Of a stretch of DNA of 64,000 nt, positions 37,311 through 57,513 are shown in pieces. The stretch lies in the NCBI RefSeq assembly GCF_009914755.1, contig NC_060938.1; one strand, written 5' to 3'. The translations under genes and the position numbers were made by a program. The notes beneath the pieces are model-generated. The model worked only from the letters and a program-made list of their open reading frames with translations. It had not been told where the DNA came from and did not search any database. The first letter of the stretch is position 1. Each line of letters begins with the position of its first letter. The DNA is from the human T2T-CHM13v2.0 reference genome, Homo sapiens.

Positions 37311-39699
37311 ACAATATAGCCCCATTTGTTTAAAACTTCATCCTTAAGCTCTATTCAAAGTTCTTTCCCCTGATCTCTGGAGCAGACTAGCTTGGTTGCC
37401 CTACAGCTCTAGAGACTTCCTTCTTCCCCTTTCTTTTCTAGGCTTTAGCTCCACTGGTGGCATTAGGGCAGGGAGGAGGTGGGAAGAAAAGAGCAAATTT
37501 TCTGACCCATTGGGCAAGGTTGTAGCCTCTCTCTGTTGTGCTGTTTCTCTGGCTAATCCACCCTGGCCCCAATAATGTATGCATGGCAGGCATCTATATG
37601 CTGACCTCTTAGGGGGTATATGTGGGAATTCTTGAAATACTCTTTTTTGGGGCCTGCCCATTGCCATTTTTTGGAATATCTGAATTAAGTCTAAAATCCA
37701 CATTCAATAATTCAAATACTCAGGACCCACTATGTGCACAGGATCAGGCCAATTTGGCCCTAATGACAAGCCTACAACATGGCCCCTAGTCTTCATCTTC
37801 AAGTTGAGGAAAGTAAGACTCAAACAGGTTAAGGGCTGGGCACAGTGGCTCATGCCTGTAACCTCAGCACTTTGGGTGGCTGATCAGGCAGATTACTTGA
37901 GGTCAGGAGTTTGAGACTAGCCTGGCCAACATGGTGAAACCCCGTCTCTAGTAAAAATACAAAAAATTAGCCAGGCATCATGGCACACGCCTCTAGTCCC
38001 AGCTACTCAGGGGGATGAGGCAGGAGAAACACTTGAACCTGGAAGGCAGAGGTTGCAGTGAGCCGAGATCGCGCCACTGCACTCTAGGATGGGCGACAGA
38101 GCAAGACTCCATTTCAAAAAACCAACCAAACAAACAAACAAAAAAAACCCAAAAAAATAGGTTAAGTAATTTGTCTAAGATCATCAGTCCTAACAAGGAG
38201 TCCACATTACTCCGAAGCCTGTGCCCTTAGACTCAAAGTTTTGTCTCCAGATTAAATATTGGGAGTAATTACAGCTCCTGCTTTTCTTCCTCTCAGGTCA
38301 GGTTTCGTCCAATACAGTGGAAGACTGGTTCCTCCTCAACTTATTTCATTCTCATCCCTTCGACAATTAAAACACTGTTTCTAGAGTCACACTGTCCCAA
38401 GTTTGAATCCCAGTTGTTCTACTTTTGCTTCTATGTGGCCATGGGCAAGTAACTAAACCTCACTGAATCTCAGTGTCTTCATCTGTAAAATGGTTTAATA
38501 TATTAATAGTAGTATGATTTTATTAGGTAGGGCTGTGTAAAAAACAATCCTAAATCTCAGTGACTTATAACAGCAAAAGTTTATATGTCACTCATGTGAC
38601 ATCTCAAATGTGAGCTGCTTCACATCCCCTTTTTCTTCCAGGACCAAGGCTGAAAGAGCAGCCCCATCTGACACAGACTATTCTCATGAAAGGAAAAATT
38701 TCTCTGGTTGAAATACGTAATAACTGTTAATACTACTGCTCAGAAAGACCCCCTGCCAAAAGAAGATCATACAATCAAGCCTGACATCAGTGAGGCTGGA
38801 AAGAATGCTCCTCCTACAGGATGCACTGCAGTCGCATGGCAACGGGCGATGATGTGTAATCCTTAACTGGAAAAGCAACTTAATAGTTAGGAACAACAAT
38901 ACCACCTACCAGAGAATAATAGTACCTTCCTTATGCATGTGAGATTAAAATGAAGTGAGGCACATGCAATGCTTAACACAGTATTCTACACTTAATAAAA
39001 GGTTTGATAAATGTTAGATGCCATTATTATGATTACCACCTCCTGGTGCTGCTGAAAATTTTTCTCTTCACCGTACTGGGCTAAACCTCACCTGAGAGCA
39101 ATAAAAGCAGGAGCTGTAATTACTTCCAATATTTAATTTGGAGACAATAAAGCTTTGAGTCTACGAGGAATAGGCTTTGGAGTAATGTGGACTCCTTATT
39201 AGGACAGATGATCTTAGACAAGTTATTTAAACTGTTTGAACCTTACTTTCCTCAATTCAAAGATTTGAGACTTGGAACTGTGTTGTAGGCTTGTCATTAG
39301 GGCCAAGTTAGCCCAATCCTGTACACATAGTGGGTGCTGAGTATTTGAATTAGTGAATGTGGATTTTAGACTTATTTCAGATAGTCAATGAACTGTATGC
39401 ATAACATAACCACAATACTGCCTTTTCCATCCTTTGGGTCTCAGCTCAAATATCATCTTCTCAGAGAGACCTTCCCTGACCACCTGATTTAAAGTACCTC
39501 CCGTGCCTCCAGTCACTTTTCCCCGTTTTCTTGTCGTTACAACTCTGGTAACGCCCTGAAATTGTCTTGTCCATTCACTGTTACGTAATATCTGTCTCTG
39601 CCACTAGAAAGTAAGCGCCATGCAATCCGGATCATGTTTTCTTATTTCCACCTTCTGCCGTGGACCTCTGGCATTCTCGTCTGTAAAACTTAGGGGAGA

Positions 39700-40700
39700 T
39701 GGTGAGGAAAGGGAGAAACACGAGGTCTAGCCGGTCCACCCGGGTCTCAAGCCCCGCCCAACTCAGGCCTCGCGTTCCTTCCAGGCTGGGCACCGCCTTT
39801 GGTCACCCACGTGGCCCGCAGTAAGGCCCCGCCCTTTGTGGGTGTGGCCTTTCACGGCGTGCGGGCCGTCCACCGGCGGCGAGCCACGTCACACGCACGC
39901 AGGCCATGCGCCGCGCCTGTTCTCGCCGCGGGCGGAAAAGGGGCGTGGCCATGCGCGAGGACCCCGTAGCCGCCAGCGCCACCGCCTGAGTCGCCTGCAG
40001 GTGGCTGTTCGCGTCTCCCTGCCGTGCAGGCAGCTCGAAAGCCACTCTGTTGTGGGGTCCTCGCTTCCCTTCCACGTCTCCCGGAAGCGGTAGCAGGGCC
40101 CCGGCGGGTCGGGGAGGAGGTTTACTCAGCTTGGGCCCCCTCCGGGCCAGCCGCCGAGGGGGCGCGGCCCAGGACGGCGGCTAGGCCGTAGTGCAGCCTC
40201 TCCGGAGTCCTCAGGTGAGGCGGAGGCGAGGGCCCACTGGACGAGACGGGGGTGTTAACGGTCCTAGGAGCGGGGGCGCAGTCCCTTCAGTGGAGACCCT
40301 GGTCTCTCCGTTTTCTTTCGGGTCGCGCTCATCTTCGCCCTGTTAGGGGCTGAGGAGGGTAACTGGAGAGACTCCTTGGGCTTCAGCCGACGTCGTTTAC
40401 TGCCCTCCTCTGTCTTCCTTTCTCCTGACCCCTGCCTGGCCTGGCCGTTCTTCCCGCACGGAACGAGATGGGTGGGGAGCAGAGTGGGGGTCTCTGCTCG
40501 CTTACCTGAGATTCCCCAAACTGACAGACCCCAGGGCTCTACGGACTGGGCCTGACCGACTGACCTCCAGCCTCCCTCCCTCTGTGCTGACGCCTGGCCT
40601 TCGAAGCAGGCCCTGCCGCAGCCCTTTGCAGACCCATCCCCATCCCACGCACTCTCTGCCCCTGGGCAGTGTCTGGGGAATTGACGGGTGCCTCTGAAGT
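39700..40700 (+). promoter_or_regulatory. GOLGA5: CpG-island promoter of GOLGA5
   Basis: Very GC/CpG-rich. GC boxes (gccccgccc ~39827, ggggcgtggc ~39940), ETS-like ccggaag at 40081, CCACGTGG 39807-39814, CCACGTCA 39884-39891; no clear TATA. Confidence 0.9.
40080..40214 (+). other. GOLGA5: GOLGA5 non-coding exon 1 (5' UTR); start approximate
   Basis: Strong donor CTCAG|gtgagg at 40214/5 inside the CpG island upstream of the ATG exon. The TSS cannot be fixed from sequence. Confidence 0.8.
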
Positions 40701-42446
40701 CCTTCGTGTCTTTGAGATGTTTGCCCAGGGCCCATCTAAGTATTTAATTAGGTAATCGACATTAATTGCAACATTAGTAGCAGTTGCATGGTATGTTTTA
40801 AAGCCCAATTAATTTTGAAATGGGAGGCAAGATATAAAGAATTAATGAGCGTGTTTTGATTTTTTATTACTTTTTTTGTAGAGACAGGGTCTTGCCATGT
40901 TGCCCAGGCTGGTCTCAAACTCCTGGCCTCAAGTGGTCCTCCCCGCTCGGCCTCCCAGTGTGTTGGGATTACAGGCGTGAGCCACAGTGCCTGGCCTGTA
41001 TGGTGTTCTGTATGTTACAGAGCATTTCATCTCCATTTTCATTTGATTTTTTATAAACTCCGAAATACATAGGCATTTAATAGTCACATGTGTAAAGAAC
41101 AGATTTAAAGGATGAGTTTCTTCTTGAGGTTTTTTAGATTTTGAGCTGTATGGTATAGGGAGGCAAGGGTTAAAAGTAGGTTTGGCACTAGGGTAACTTA
41201 GACTTGAGTATCTGAGCTGCTGTCTAAACTCTGGGATCTTTCTAAACCCTTTCCACATTTGCTTTAAAAAAAGGATATTGCTGTTTACCACATAACGTGG
41301 CTGTGAAAATTACATGTGATAAAAGATACATGTGTACCTGTGTACAGCATCAGTCATATAAAAATTCCACTCAGCAGTATTTGTGAGTGCCTACTGTGTG
41401 CTAGACTCTGGGAATTCATTGGTGAGCAAAACAGACATAATCTTTATCCAGCCACTGCCCCACTTTCCCCAAGAACAAGAAGCATGTTAAAAAAATACGT
41501 AATTATAAAACATGAAGGACTGTGAAGCAAAAGAATAGGGTATGTACAGATAATGATTGACCTAACTTAGCTGGAAAGGAGAACTCTGAAGCAAATGACA
41601 TTTGAGTGAAGACCAAGAACAAGAAAGTTAACCATGAAAGAGTTCTTGGCAAAAGGAACAACGTGCACATTCTAGAAATGGTTGTGGACTTTATTATAGA
41701 GCCCTTCTGTATCTATATCTTCATCATTACTTTGATGTATTGTGGCACACAATAAGTACTCAAATATATGTATGGAATGAGTGGTTATGCAATTTTGGTT
41801 TTTATTCTGGACTTAGCTTAATGTGCACATGGTAGGTATTGAGTATGTGAATTATTGAACATGTACTTTAGATAAATTATGTGCACACCTAAATTATATG
41901 TAATAGTGCTGCAGTTTAACATTAAGATAGCTTTTGTATTTAACGGAAACGTTTTTTCAAGTTTTAGCACTTTAAAACAAACTTCAGTGAATTTTATTTT
42001 TATTTGGTTGTACTGGAGTTTTGCCATATTGGTTATTTGCTGTTTGGATGTTGTTTTAATTTGCTGCTGTAGCAAAGTACCACAGATTGATTGGCTGGGC
42101 CAACAGAAATTTATTTTCTCTCAGTTCTGAAGACTTGAAGTCCAAGATCAAGGTATTGGCAGAGTTGGTTTCTTCTGAGGCGTACTTCTTTTGCTTGCAG
42201 ATGTCTGCCTTCTCCCTCTGTCCTTTCTGTATGCCTGTTTGTGTTGAAATTTCCTCCTCTTAGAAGGACATGCCAATTATATTTGATTAGGGGCCACCCT
42301 GACGACTCATTTTAATTATCCTTTTAGAGATCCTATCTCCAAAAACAGTCACATTCTGAGGTCTGGGGGTTAGGACTTAAATAAAGGAATTTGGAGGGAT
42401 GCAGTTCAGCCCATAACAGATGCTTTTGCTACATTAAGATTTGCCC

Positions 42447-42754
<308 letters not shown>

Positions 42755-43195
42755 AAGATTTGCCCTTCTTTGAAATAGTAATAATAAAAACAGTAATTTA
42801 TTATTACTTTGAAATAGTAATAATAAATAATAAAAATAGAAATAATAATAAAAACAGTAGTGGTAGTTGTAATAATGGTAATAGCAGCCACTAAAATGAG
42901 TGCTTATTATGTGCCAAGCATTTTGCAAAGTGTTTTTTATATATTATTTCATCATAAAACCATCCTATAAGGTAAGTACACTTTCCCCCCCATTTTCTAG
43001 ATAAGATTTCTCAGCCTCATTTAAGTAGTTTTCTCAAGGTTACCTAGCTAGTAAAAGGTAGGGTTAGGATTTCAACCCAGGATTGCCTGACTCCAGAGTC
43101 TGGTCTTAACCATTTATCATACTCTGCCACTATGCCACACTGATCATTTTATGTCCTTTTTACAGGTTTGCCAATAGGATTATCCTGCTGCCATC

Positions 43196-43739
43196 ATGTC
43201 TTGGTTTGTTGATCTTGCTGGAAAGGCAGAAGATCTTTTAAACCGAGTTGATCAAGGGGCTGCAACAGCTCTCAGTAGGAAAGACAATGCCAGCAACATA
43301 TATAGCAAAAATACTGACTATACTGAACTTCACCAGCAAAATACAGATTTGATATATCAGACTGGACCTAAATCTACGTATATTTCATCAGCAGCTGATA
43401 ACATTCGAAATCAAAAAGCCACCATCTTAGCTGGCACTGCAAATGTGAAAGTAGGATCTCGGACACCAGTAGAGGCCTCTCATCCTGTTGAAAATGCATC
43501 TGTTCCTAGGCCTTCATCCCATTTTGTGCGAAGAAAAAAGTCAGAACCTGATGATGAGCTGCTGTTTGATTTTCTTAATAGTTCACAGAAGGAGCCTACC
43601 GGGAGGGTGGAAATCAGAAAGGAAAAAGGCAAGACACCTGTCTTTCAGAGCTCTCAGACATCAAGTGTCAGTTCTGTGAACCCCAGTGTAACCACCATCA
43701 AAACCATTGAAGAAAATTCTTTTGGGAGCCAAACCCACG
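43196..43739 (+). CDS. GOLGA5: GOLGA5 (golgin-84) exon 2, coding part; exon begins at 43166
   Basis: ATG at 43196 (gccatcATGt) encodes MSWFVDLAGKAEDLLNRVDQGAA, the golgin-84 N-terminus. Acceptor ttttacag|G at 43165/6; donor CACG|gtagtt after 43739 (544 coding nt, phase 1). Confidence 0.97.
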
Positions 43740-44391
43740 GTAGTTAATCAGTCCTCTTATTTCTTTTAGAGTTAAGCAAATTGAATGTGTCATCATATGA
43801 TCCGATGGTGTTTCTCATCTACTGTTATGGAATCTGTCTCCACTGGTGTAAGGGCAGACTCTCTGCAAATGTGTGGTGTAAACAAGGGAGACATCATTGA
43901 CTACTATTAGTCAATAGACAGTTGTAGCAGGGACTTCATGTTGTCTGGAGGGCAACTTCACCCACTCAGCATCTAACAAAGTATTTCAAATTTGTTTCTC
44001 TAAGACATTTTAAGATTAAAAAAAGAAAATTTTGAAATCTGAAAGAAAACATGTCAGTTTGGATCGGGGACTATCCCAGTTGATATCTTTTTGTTACTAG
44101 GATTATAAAAATGACAGGAGGCTGTACTTCACGTATTTTCTGGGTTGTGTTTTTTGTGTGTTTTTCCCCCCACATCCTCCACAAATAAAGCTGAGAGACT
44201 GAACTTTGATCCAAGTTGAAGAGTTGAAGGCATTGACCTAGTAGTGAAGCAAGAGCTTAGAACTCTTGTTTTCAATTGTTTAATTCCCTCTGAGATTACC
44301 TCTACAAGTACACCTTCTTTCTTGTGAAATGAGATTAACGTGGTAAATGTGGCTAATTCAAGTACCTACTAACTGTTTTAAAATAGCTATA

Positions 44392-45664
<1,273 letters not shown>

Positions 45665-46919
45665 AGGGATTCTTTATAGAGTTGATTATTGATGGGAGAT
45701 TGTCATGTTCTTGGATGTTATAGCTTCTTTCATTGTCTTGGCTGTTAGTGAATAAAATCTTTCTTGTATTTTCAAGACAAAAACTTGTATAGAAGAAGAC
45801 GTTTTGGGTTGTGAAAATAGGATCAGGCAGTAGCAGTTGATTAATATGTTCACATATTCCAAAATTTCTTCTCAGCTATCTTTCAATTAATTACACAAAG
45901 AACCTACTAGGTGCAAGGATATGGAAGTGTCCAGTGGGTGAGCTAGACATGTAAACAGATAATTTACTTGTGGTCTAGTAAATGTAGCAATTAAGTATGG
46001 TCAGAGTGTTGTGGAAGTATGAAGGAGGAAGTAACTAATTGCCTAGGGTATTCAGAAAGGATTCACAGAGGGTCTGTATTTTTAGCTGGGTCTTAAAGAA
46101 TGAACAGGAGTTTGCCAGGTAAAAAGTTAGAGACAGCATTCCATGCAGAGAGAACAGACTCTAAGAGGCTAGTAGAGTAGAAAACATTGTAACAAAGTTG
46201 GAAACACTGAGTGAGTTGGAGGGTGATGAAGAAAATGTAGCTAGCAAACAAAGTTGGGACCTGTTTGTGAAGGCCCTTGTGTCATACTGTTTATGCAATT
46301 AAACCCATTACTTCTATAATCATTGTTAAAGATTGATTCCTGAACAACAGGCTTTAGAATCGCTTGTGTGTTGTTAATTTAAAAATGAATTATTGAGTGC
46401 CTTCCCAGGCTTCCTGAATCGTTATTTTCTGGGGATGGAGCCAGGGCATCTGATTTTGTTGTTGTTGTTCTGTGGGTGGTTCTTAGCCAATAAAAGTTGA
46501 AAGTGGCTGCCATAGCCAGTGTGATGCTAGTAGAGATCTTTAAGTCAAGAGTTGACATAGCTTATTTTTGTACTTTTAAAGAAAGCAGCTTGCATTTAAT
46601 TAGAAAGAATGGACCTAAAGGGAACCTCGTTGTCAGGGAAATGAATTAGAACTGGTTATAATACACAGGAGTTATAAAAATTGTTTCTCTTGGGTAGGAC
46701 CTCTCAACCTTGAGACTTGGTGTTTTGGGCCAAATTAATTCAATAGTGTGGGAAGCCCTCCTGTTCTTTGTAGGATGTTTAGCAGCATCTCTGGCCTCTT
46801 AGCCCATTAGGTGGTAGTAGCACCCCCAATTGTGACAACCAACAATGTCTCCACAAATTGCCAAATGTCCCTTGCAGGGCAAAATCATCCCAGTTGAGAA
46901 CCAATGTCCTGAGATGCCT

Positions 46920-51560
<4,641 letters not shown>

Positions 51561-52493
51561 CATATACTGATTGTTTTAGTCAGTTTTATTATTTAGATAT
51601 ATAGTTCATTTTCATCACATAATTTTTAGAGTAATTTAAAAGTATACTTGCATTATATTTAGTAACAAAAACAAGATTAATCTGAATTCATGTGTCTCTA
51701 TCTCTTTGGGTAAGACATGTTAGATTCCAGTTTGATTAAAAAAAAAAAACAAAAAACCTTGTAGTGACCTGTTATTACTCTTCTTGCCTTGAAACCTGCA
51801 GCTACTCTATTGTGCCTTCCCAATTTTTCAGTATTTGAGACTTCTCCTGGTTTTTTTTCCCAAAAGCATTTTGGAGACAAAAGGAAATCCAAACCCATTT
51901 TACCTGAACCCAACCACTCACATGATCTCTGATGTTCTCCCCAGAATGGTGTTGTACTGTCTGTTGTCATTCATTCAGTGTATCCAGACTTGAGTATCCT
52001 TAGAGGTCCATATGCCCCATTTATGAGAATGAAATTTAATCAGAGGGAAGACTATTGAAAATTTGTTTATTTATGTATTTTTTTTGAGATGGAGTCTCGC
52101 TCTGTTGCCCAGGCTGGAGTGCAGTGGTGCAATCTTGGCTCACTGCAACACCTTTGGCCTCCCAGGCTCAAGTGATTCTCCTGCCTCAGCCTCCTGAGTA
52201 GCTGGCACTACAGGTGTGTGCCACCACACCTGGCTAATTTTTGTATTTTTGGTAGAGATGGGGTTTCACCGTGTTGGTCAGGCTGGTCTCAAACTCCTGA
52301 CCTCAAGTGATCTCCCTGCCTCGGCCTCCCAAAATGCTGGGATTACAGGCATGAGCCACCGCGCCTAGCTGAGAATTTACTTTTTATGGTGTTTTAGCTG
52401 TAGCAGTCAACTTGAGCATCCTACCAAAGCAAGTTGTTAATGCATATGTGATGAACACGCCAATGTAACAAAAACGTATTCTTTTTTTTACAG

Positions 52494-52721
52494 AAGCTGC
52501 CAGTAACTCAGATTCTAGCCATGAAGGTCAAGAGGAATCTTCAAAGGAAAATGTGTCATCAAATGCTGCCTGCCCTGACCACACCCCAACACCTAATGAT
52601 GATGGCAAATCACATGAACTGTCTAACCTTCGACTGGAGAATCAGCTGCTGAGGAATGAAGTTCAGTCTTTAAATCAAGAAATGGCCTCGTTACTCCAAA
52701 GATCCAAAGAGACTCAAGAAG
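52494..52721 (+). CDS. GOLGA5: GOLGA5 exon 3 (228 nt)
   Basis: Acceptor tttttttacag|AAGCT, donor GAAG|gtagag. In frame with exon 2: EAASNSDSS...LRLENQLLRNEVQSLNQEMASLLQRSKETQE (start of coiled coil). Confidence 0.95.
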
Positions 52722-52953
52722 GTAGAGGCTTAAATTGTTCAGGATTAGGAATTTAACTTTTAAAAATAAACTTAAGGCTGGACGCAGTGGCTCGTGCCTG
52801 TAATCCCAGCACTTTGGGAGGCCGAGGTGGGCGGATTGCCTGAGGTCAGGAGTTCAAGACCAGTCTGGCCAACATGGTGAAACCCTGTGTCTACTAAAAA
52901 TACAAAAAAATTAGTCAGATGTGGTTGCAGGCACCTGTAATCCCAGCCACTCA

Positions 52954-53052
<99 letters not shown>

Positions 53053-55058
53053 CTATCTCAAAAATAAATAAATAAAAATAAAATAAAATAATAAACTTAA
53101 AAACTTTAAACTGTTAGAAATATTTACATTTAAACTGTGAGAAATTAGATGCGACTTGTAAAATGATATTTTCATAGAAAAACTGCCCAGATTTGGAAAT
53201 GGGACCAGTCATCCTCCCACCAACCCAAAACATAAGAGTATTCGCTTCTTTGGTCATCCTTTAAGAACCATGAAATTGAAGAACTGAGAGGAACAAACTA
53301 GTAGTAGTCTAGTTCATTCATTTATTCTGAACTTTCAAGGGAAGCTGTTCCATTAAACAAAGTAGTAGGCACTAATAGAGTTGCAGTGTTGCTGCTCTAG
53401 GGCATATAAAAGGTACATGGAATTCAGTTCAGTGCCCTTGGGAATTGTGCAGTGAGGTGGCCCTGGAGTAGAAAACCTCAAGTTCCTCAGAAATAGGTAA
53501 TTAAGAAGGAAATAATCTCATTATGGAGGTAGTGACTGAGGAAGATGTGAATGTTATTGTAAGTGTGGCTGAGAAGAAAACGAGTGACAAAATTGCTGCC
53601 TTGGTTCCTGGGGCTAATTAGAAAGGAGTGAGGGGATGGTGGGAAAAGTTTTGCCAAGCCATGGATAGAGCCTAGAAGAGAGGAAAGGGAAGATAGTTGA
53701 AGACTCACTAAGCTAGGCGTGGTGGCTCACGCCTGTAATCCCAACACTTTGGGAGGCCGAGGCGGGCGGATCACAAGGTCAGGAGTTCAAGACCAGTCTG
53801 GCCAACATGGTGAAACCCGTCTCTACTAAAAATACAAAAAAATTAGCTGGGCATGGTGGCGCGTGCCTGTTATTCCAGCTACTCAGGAGGCTGAGGGAGG
53901 AGAATTGCCTGAACCCAGACCCAGGACCCAGGAGGTGGAGGTTGCAGTGAGCCGAGATCGTGCCACTGCATTCCAGCCTGAGCTACAGAGCGAGACTCGT
54001 CTCAACAACAACAACAACAACAACAAAAACAAAGTACTCACTAGTCAGGCTGACTTTAGAAAAAGCTTTACTTTACCCACACTAATTTAGACATAGAAAT
54101 AGAGCTGTTTGGCCAGGCACAGTGAGTCACGCCTGTAATCCCAGCGCTTTGGAAGGCTGAGATGGGAAAATTGCTGAAGCCAGGAGTTCAATAACAGCAT
54201 GGGCAACAGAGTGAGACCCCTGGGCTACAAAAATCAATTTTTTTTTGTTTTAAATTAGCTGAATATGGTGGTGTACACCTGTAGGCTGAGCTACTTTGGA
54301 GACTGAGGTGGGAGGATTGCTTGAGCCCAGGAGTTGGAGGTTGCAGTGAGTCATGGGCCATGATCATGCCACTGCACTCCAGCCGGGGCAACAGAGTGAG
54401 GCTCTGTCTCATGTTTTTGGGTTTTTTTTTTTTTCTTTAAGAAAGGTGTGTCTCACTGGAAAAAAAAAAAAAAGCTTTGAGACCCTATAAAGTTTGATTC
54501 AGTATTTTTAAAATGTTGTGGTGGCTAACTGCAATTACATATGGTATGTGAGGGTATGGAAATGCCATTGTATTCTGAAATAGAGCACTACTTTGCTCTT
54601 TTTGCATTGATTTCCTAGGTCAAAAGAATAACATCTTTTTGCAACAGTAATTGAAAGCAATAGATTCTTTTCTGTGTTTAGGTTTTGTTTTGTTCTTACT
54701 AGGATGTACCTTTGATTTGGATTTGCATTCCTTTCCCTGTCACTAGCAGAACTTTACAAAATATACTCTGCTATCTATTAATACTAGTTTCGGCTCCCAG
54801 ATGCTTTATCATATAGAAACAGCATTGTAGAAGAGCAGCTAGCTTCACGCCCCTTTCTAATCAATTAACTATAATCTAGCTGTGAATATTGCCCTTGAAA
54901 AGTGGATGACCCTTTGGGGCAAAGAAAATTGAAGACGTGTAAGTTCCCAATTTTGTCAATAAGGAAAGTACTAAAGGCACTCAAAGTAGAAACTGTACGT
55001 GCTCTGAGAAAAATGTGTTTGGTTTTGCTTGTATAGAGAAATTTAAATTTTTTAATAG

Positions 55059-55278
55059 AATTAAACAAAGCAAGAGCAAGAGTTGAAAAGTGGAATGCTG
55101 ACCATTCAAAGAGTGATCGAATGACTCGAGGACTCCGAGCCCAAGTAGATGACCTGACTGAAGCTGTGGCTGCAAAGGATTCCCAGCTGGCTGTACTGAA
55201 AGTGAGACTCCAGGAAGCTGACCAGCTACTGAGTACTCGCACAGAAGCATTAGAAGCCTTACAGAGTGAAAAATCACG
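55059..55278 (+). CDS. GOLGA5: GOLGA5 exon 4 (220 nt)
   Basis: Acceptor ttttaatag|AA, donor TCACG|gtaggt. Reads ELNKARARVEKWNADHSKSDRMTRGLRAQVDDLTEAVAAKDSQLAVLKVRLQEADQ...; not reported on + in the ORF track but the frame is continuous. Confidence 0.95.
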
Positions 55279-55607
55279 GTAGGTGATTCTATGAATAATG
55301 AAAAAAATGAGCAAGTAATGGTAAACATTGTAGTGTATCCACTTATGAAACTTAGCTTTCTTGGAAATTTACAAGAGGGAATATTTCTTTTGGTAGTGTT
55401 AGAAATGTGTATGATTAAAATGGATTCATTGGCTGGGCGTGGTGGCTCAAGCCTGTAATCCTAGCACTTTGGGAAGCCGAGGCAGGTGGATCACCTGAGG
55501 TTGGGAGTTCGAGACCAGCCTGACCAACATGGAGAAACCCCGTCTCTACTAAAAATACAGAAAAAAAATTAGCCGGGGGTGGTGGCACATGCCTGTAATC
55601 CCAGCTA

Positions 55608-55715
<108 letters not shown>

Positions 55716-56012
55716 TCAACAACAACAACATAAAATGGATTCATTGTTTGAACCTTGAGATGCATTGTTAGCAAATTCTGAATTTAAAAGCATTTGTTGT
55801 GTCATTAATCTTTCATTATACGGTATGTACTTAATATTTGGATGCCTAAAAATGTAGATTATGTTCCATTAGAAAGGAAAGATTTATCTAAGAATATTTC
55901 AGTCAAATTATCTTTTTTGTGCTTGACTAAAGCTGACGCTCTAAAAATTATTCTGCCTTATCACTTGTACACTGTAGACATGAGTTATTTCACATGATGC
56001 ATTTTCCTTTAG

Positions 56013-56136
56013 AATAATGCAGGATCAAAGTGAAGGTAACAGCCTGCAGAATCAAGCTCTGCAGACTTTTCAGGAGAGACTGCATGAAGCGGATGCCACT
56101 CTGAAGAGAGAGCAGGAGAGCTATAAACAGATGCAG
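56013..56136 (+). CDS. GOLGA5: GOLGA5 exon 5 (124 nt)
   Basis: Acceptor ttttcctttag|A, donor CAG|gttaga. Reads IMQDQSEGNSLQNQALQTFQERLHEADATLKREQESYKQMQ. Confidence 0.95.
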
Positions 56137-57309
56137 GTTAGAATGAGAGACAGCAGATTCCTATTGTTACTTGGACACGGAAAAAATGACTTTATGCTGT
56201 TTCATAGCACATTAACTGTCTAATATAATTCTGCAATGCATTTCAGAAAATTCTGTTTCTGTGACAAAAATCAGATATTTGAAAATTTAGCTTGATCCTT
56301 GCTAAATGTATTTAATTTTATGTGTTGAGAGACAATTAAAATAGTTAATGTGCATTAGAGATATACATCTTTTACTTAATTTTTGCAACAATCATTGTCA
56401 TTATTTGATTAAATGCTAATGGTTGGGGGATCGTATTTGTTTTTTATTAATTTAAGTTTTTCTGATTCCAGATTAATCTGGCTCATTTATTTCAGGAGAA
56501 AATTGTATGTAATATGTAAAGAGTTTTACTCTTAGATGAATATTTGCATTTAGTTCAGTCCCAGCCCTGTCTACACGTGGGAATCACTTGTGTGATACCT
56601 TGTGCTGTCTGAGCTCCATATGCAGTCACATTCCATTGTATGAGGTAGGGACTAGGTATTGACACTTTGGTTTTAGAAGGTTCACAGGTGTATCTAATGA
56701 GCAGTCAGGGTTGCAAACCACTGGTCTGGGCTAGCTTTTCAACAGGTGAAAGTAATTCAGTCCTGAAAGTAAATATCAGGTAGTGTGTGTCTCTTAATTT
56801 TAACACAATATATCCAAAGTATTAATTATTTCAATATGTAGTCAATATTAAAAGTTATTAATGAGATATTTTACATTATTTTTTGAATACTGGTTCTTTA
56901 AAATATGGTGTAATTTACACCTATTTATTTACTTATTAAATTGGAAACAGTTGATCAGCTAGTATCAGACCAGACCTAGTATCCAAGTGACCAGGTTCAC
57001 CTGGGAAATTTCTTAAAAAACAGATTCCCAGACCCATCTTGAAAATTCCAGTTTAGTAAGCTTGGGAAAGGCCTTGGATGGCTATATTTTTAACAAACTT
57101 CCTGGTTGATTTTAATGCATTGCCATGTTTGGGAGTTACAAGTTTACATTTCCTATACTTTAGCTCCTAACAAATTAAGAATTTTTTCCCATCCCTACTA
57201 TGTTGTTTGGCTGAGCTAATAAATCCCATAAGATATCCGAATGGATGGTTGTAAAATATGTTTCAAAGCTAAATGATATCATTAATTATGATATAAAAAT
57301 TTGTCACAG

Positions 57310-57513
57310 AGCGAGTTTGCTGCACGCCTTAATAAAGTGGAAATGGAACGTCAGAATTTAGCAGAAGCAATTACACTGGCCGAAAGAAAATACTCAGATG
57401 AGAAGAAGAGGGTTGATGAACTGCAGCAGCAAGTCAAGCTGTATAAGTTGAACTTGGAGTCCTCTAAGCAGGAATTAATTGACTACAAGCAAAAAGCTAC
57501 TAGAATACTGCAA
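57310..57513 (+). CDS. GOLGA5: GOLGA5 exon 6 (204 nt)
   Basis: Acceptor gtcacag|AGC, donor CAA|gtaagc. Reads SEFAARLNKVEMERQNLAEA...DYKQKATRILQ (coiled coil). Confidence 0.95.

Noticed and set aside
39803-40808. ORFs in the CpG island
   Set aside because: Stop-poor GC-rich sequence with no coding signature or splice support.
42768-42890. Direct repeat ctttgaaatagtaataataaa and (TAA/TAG)n run
   Set aside because: Low-complexity slippage next to a MIR-like element; no regular repeat-spacer structure.
54865-55328. Minus-strand ORFs of 149 and 115 aa
   Set aside because: Antisense shadows of GOLGA5 exon 4.
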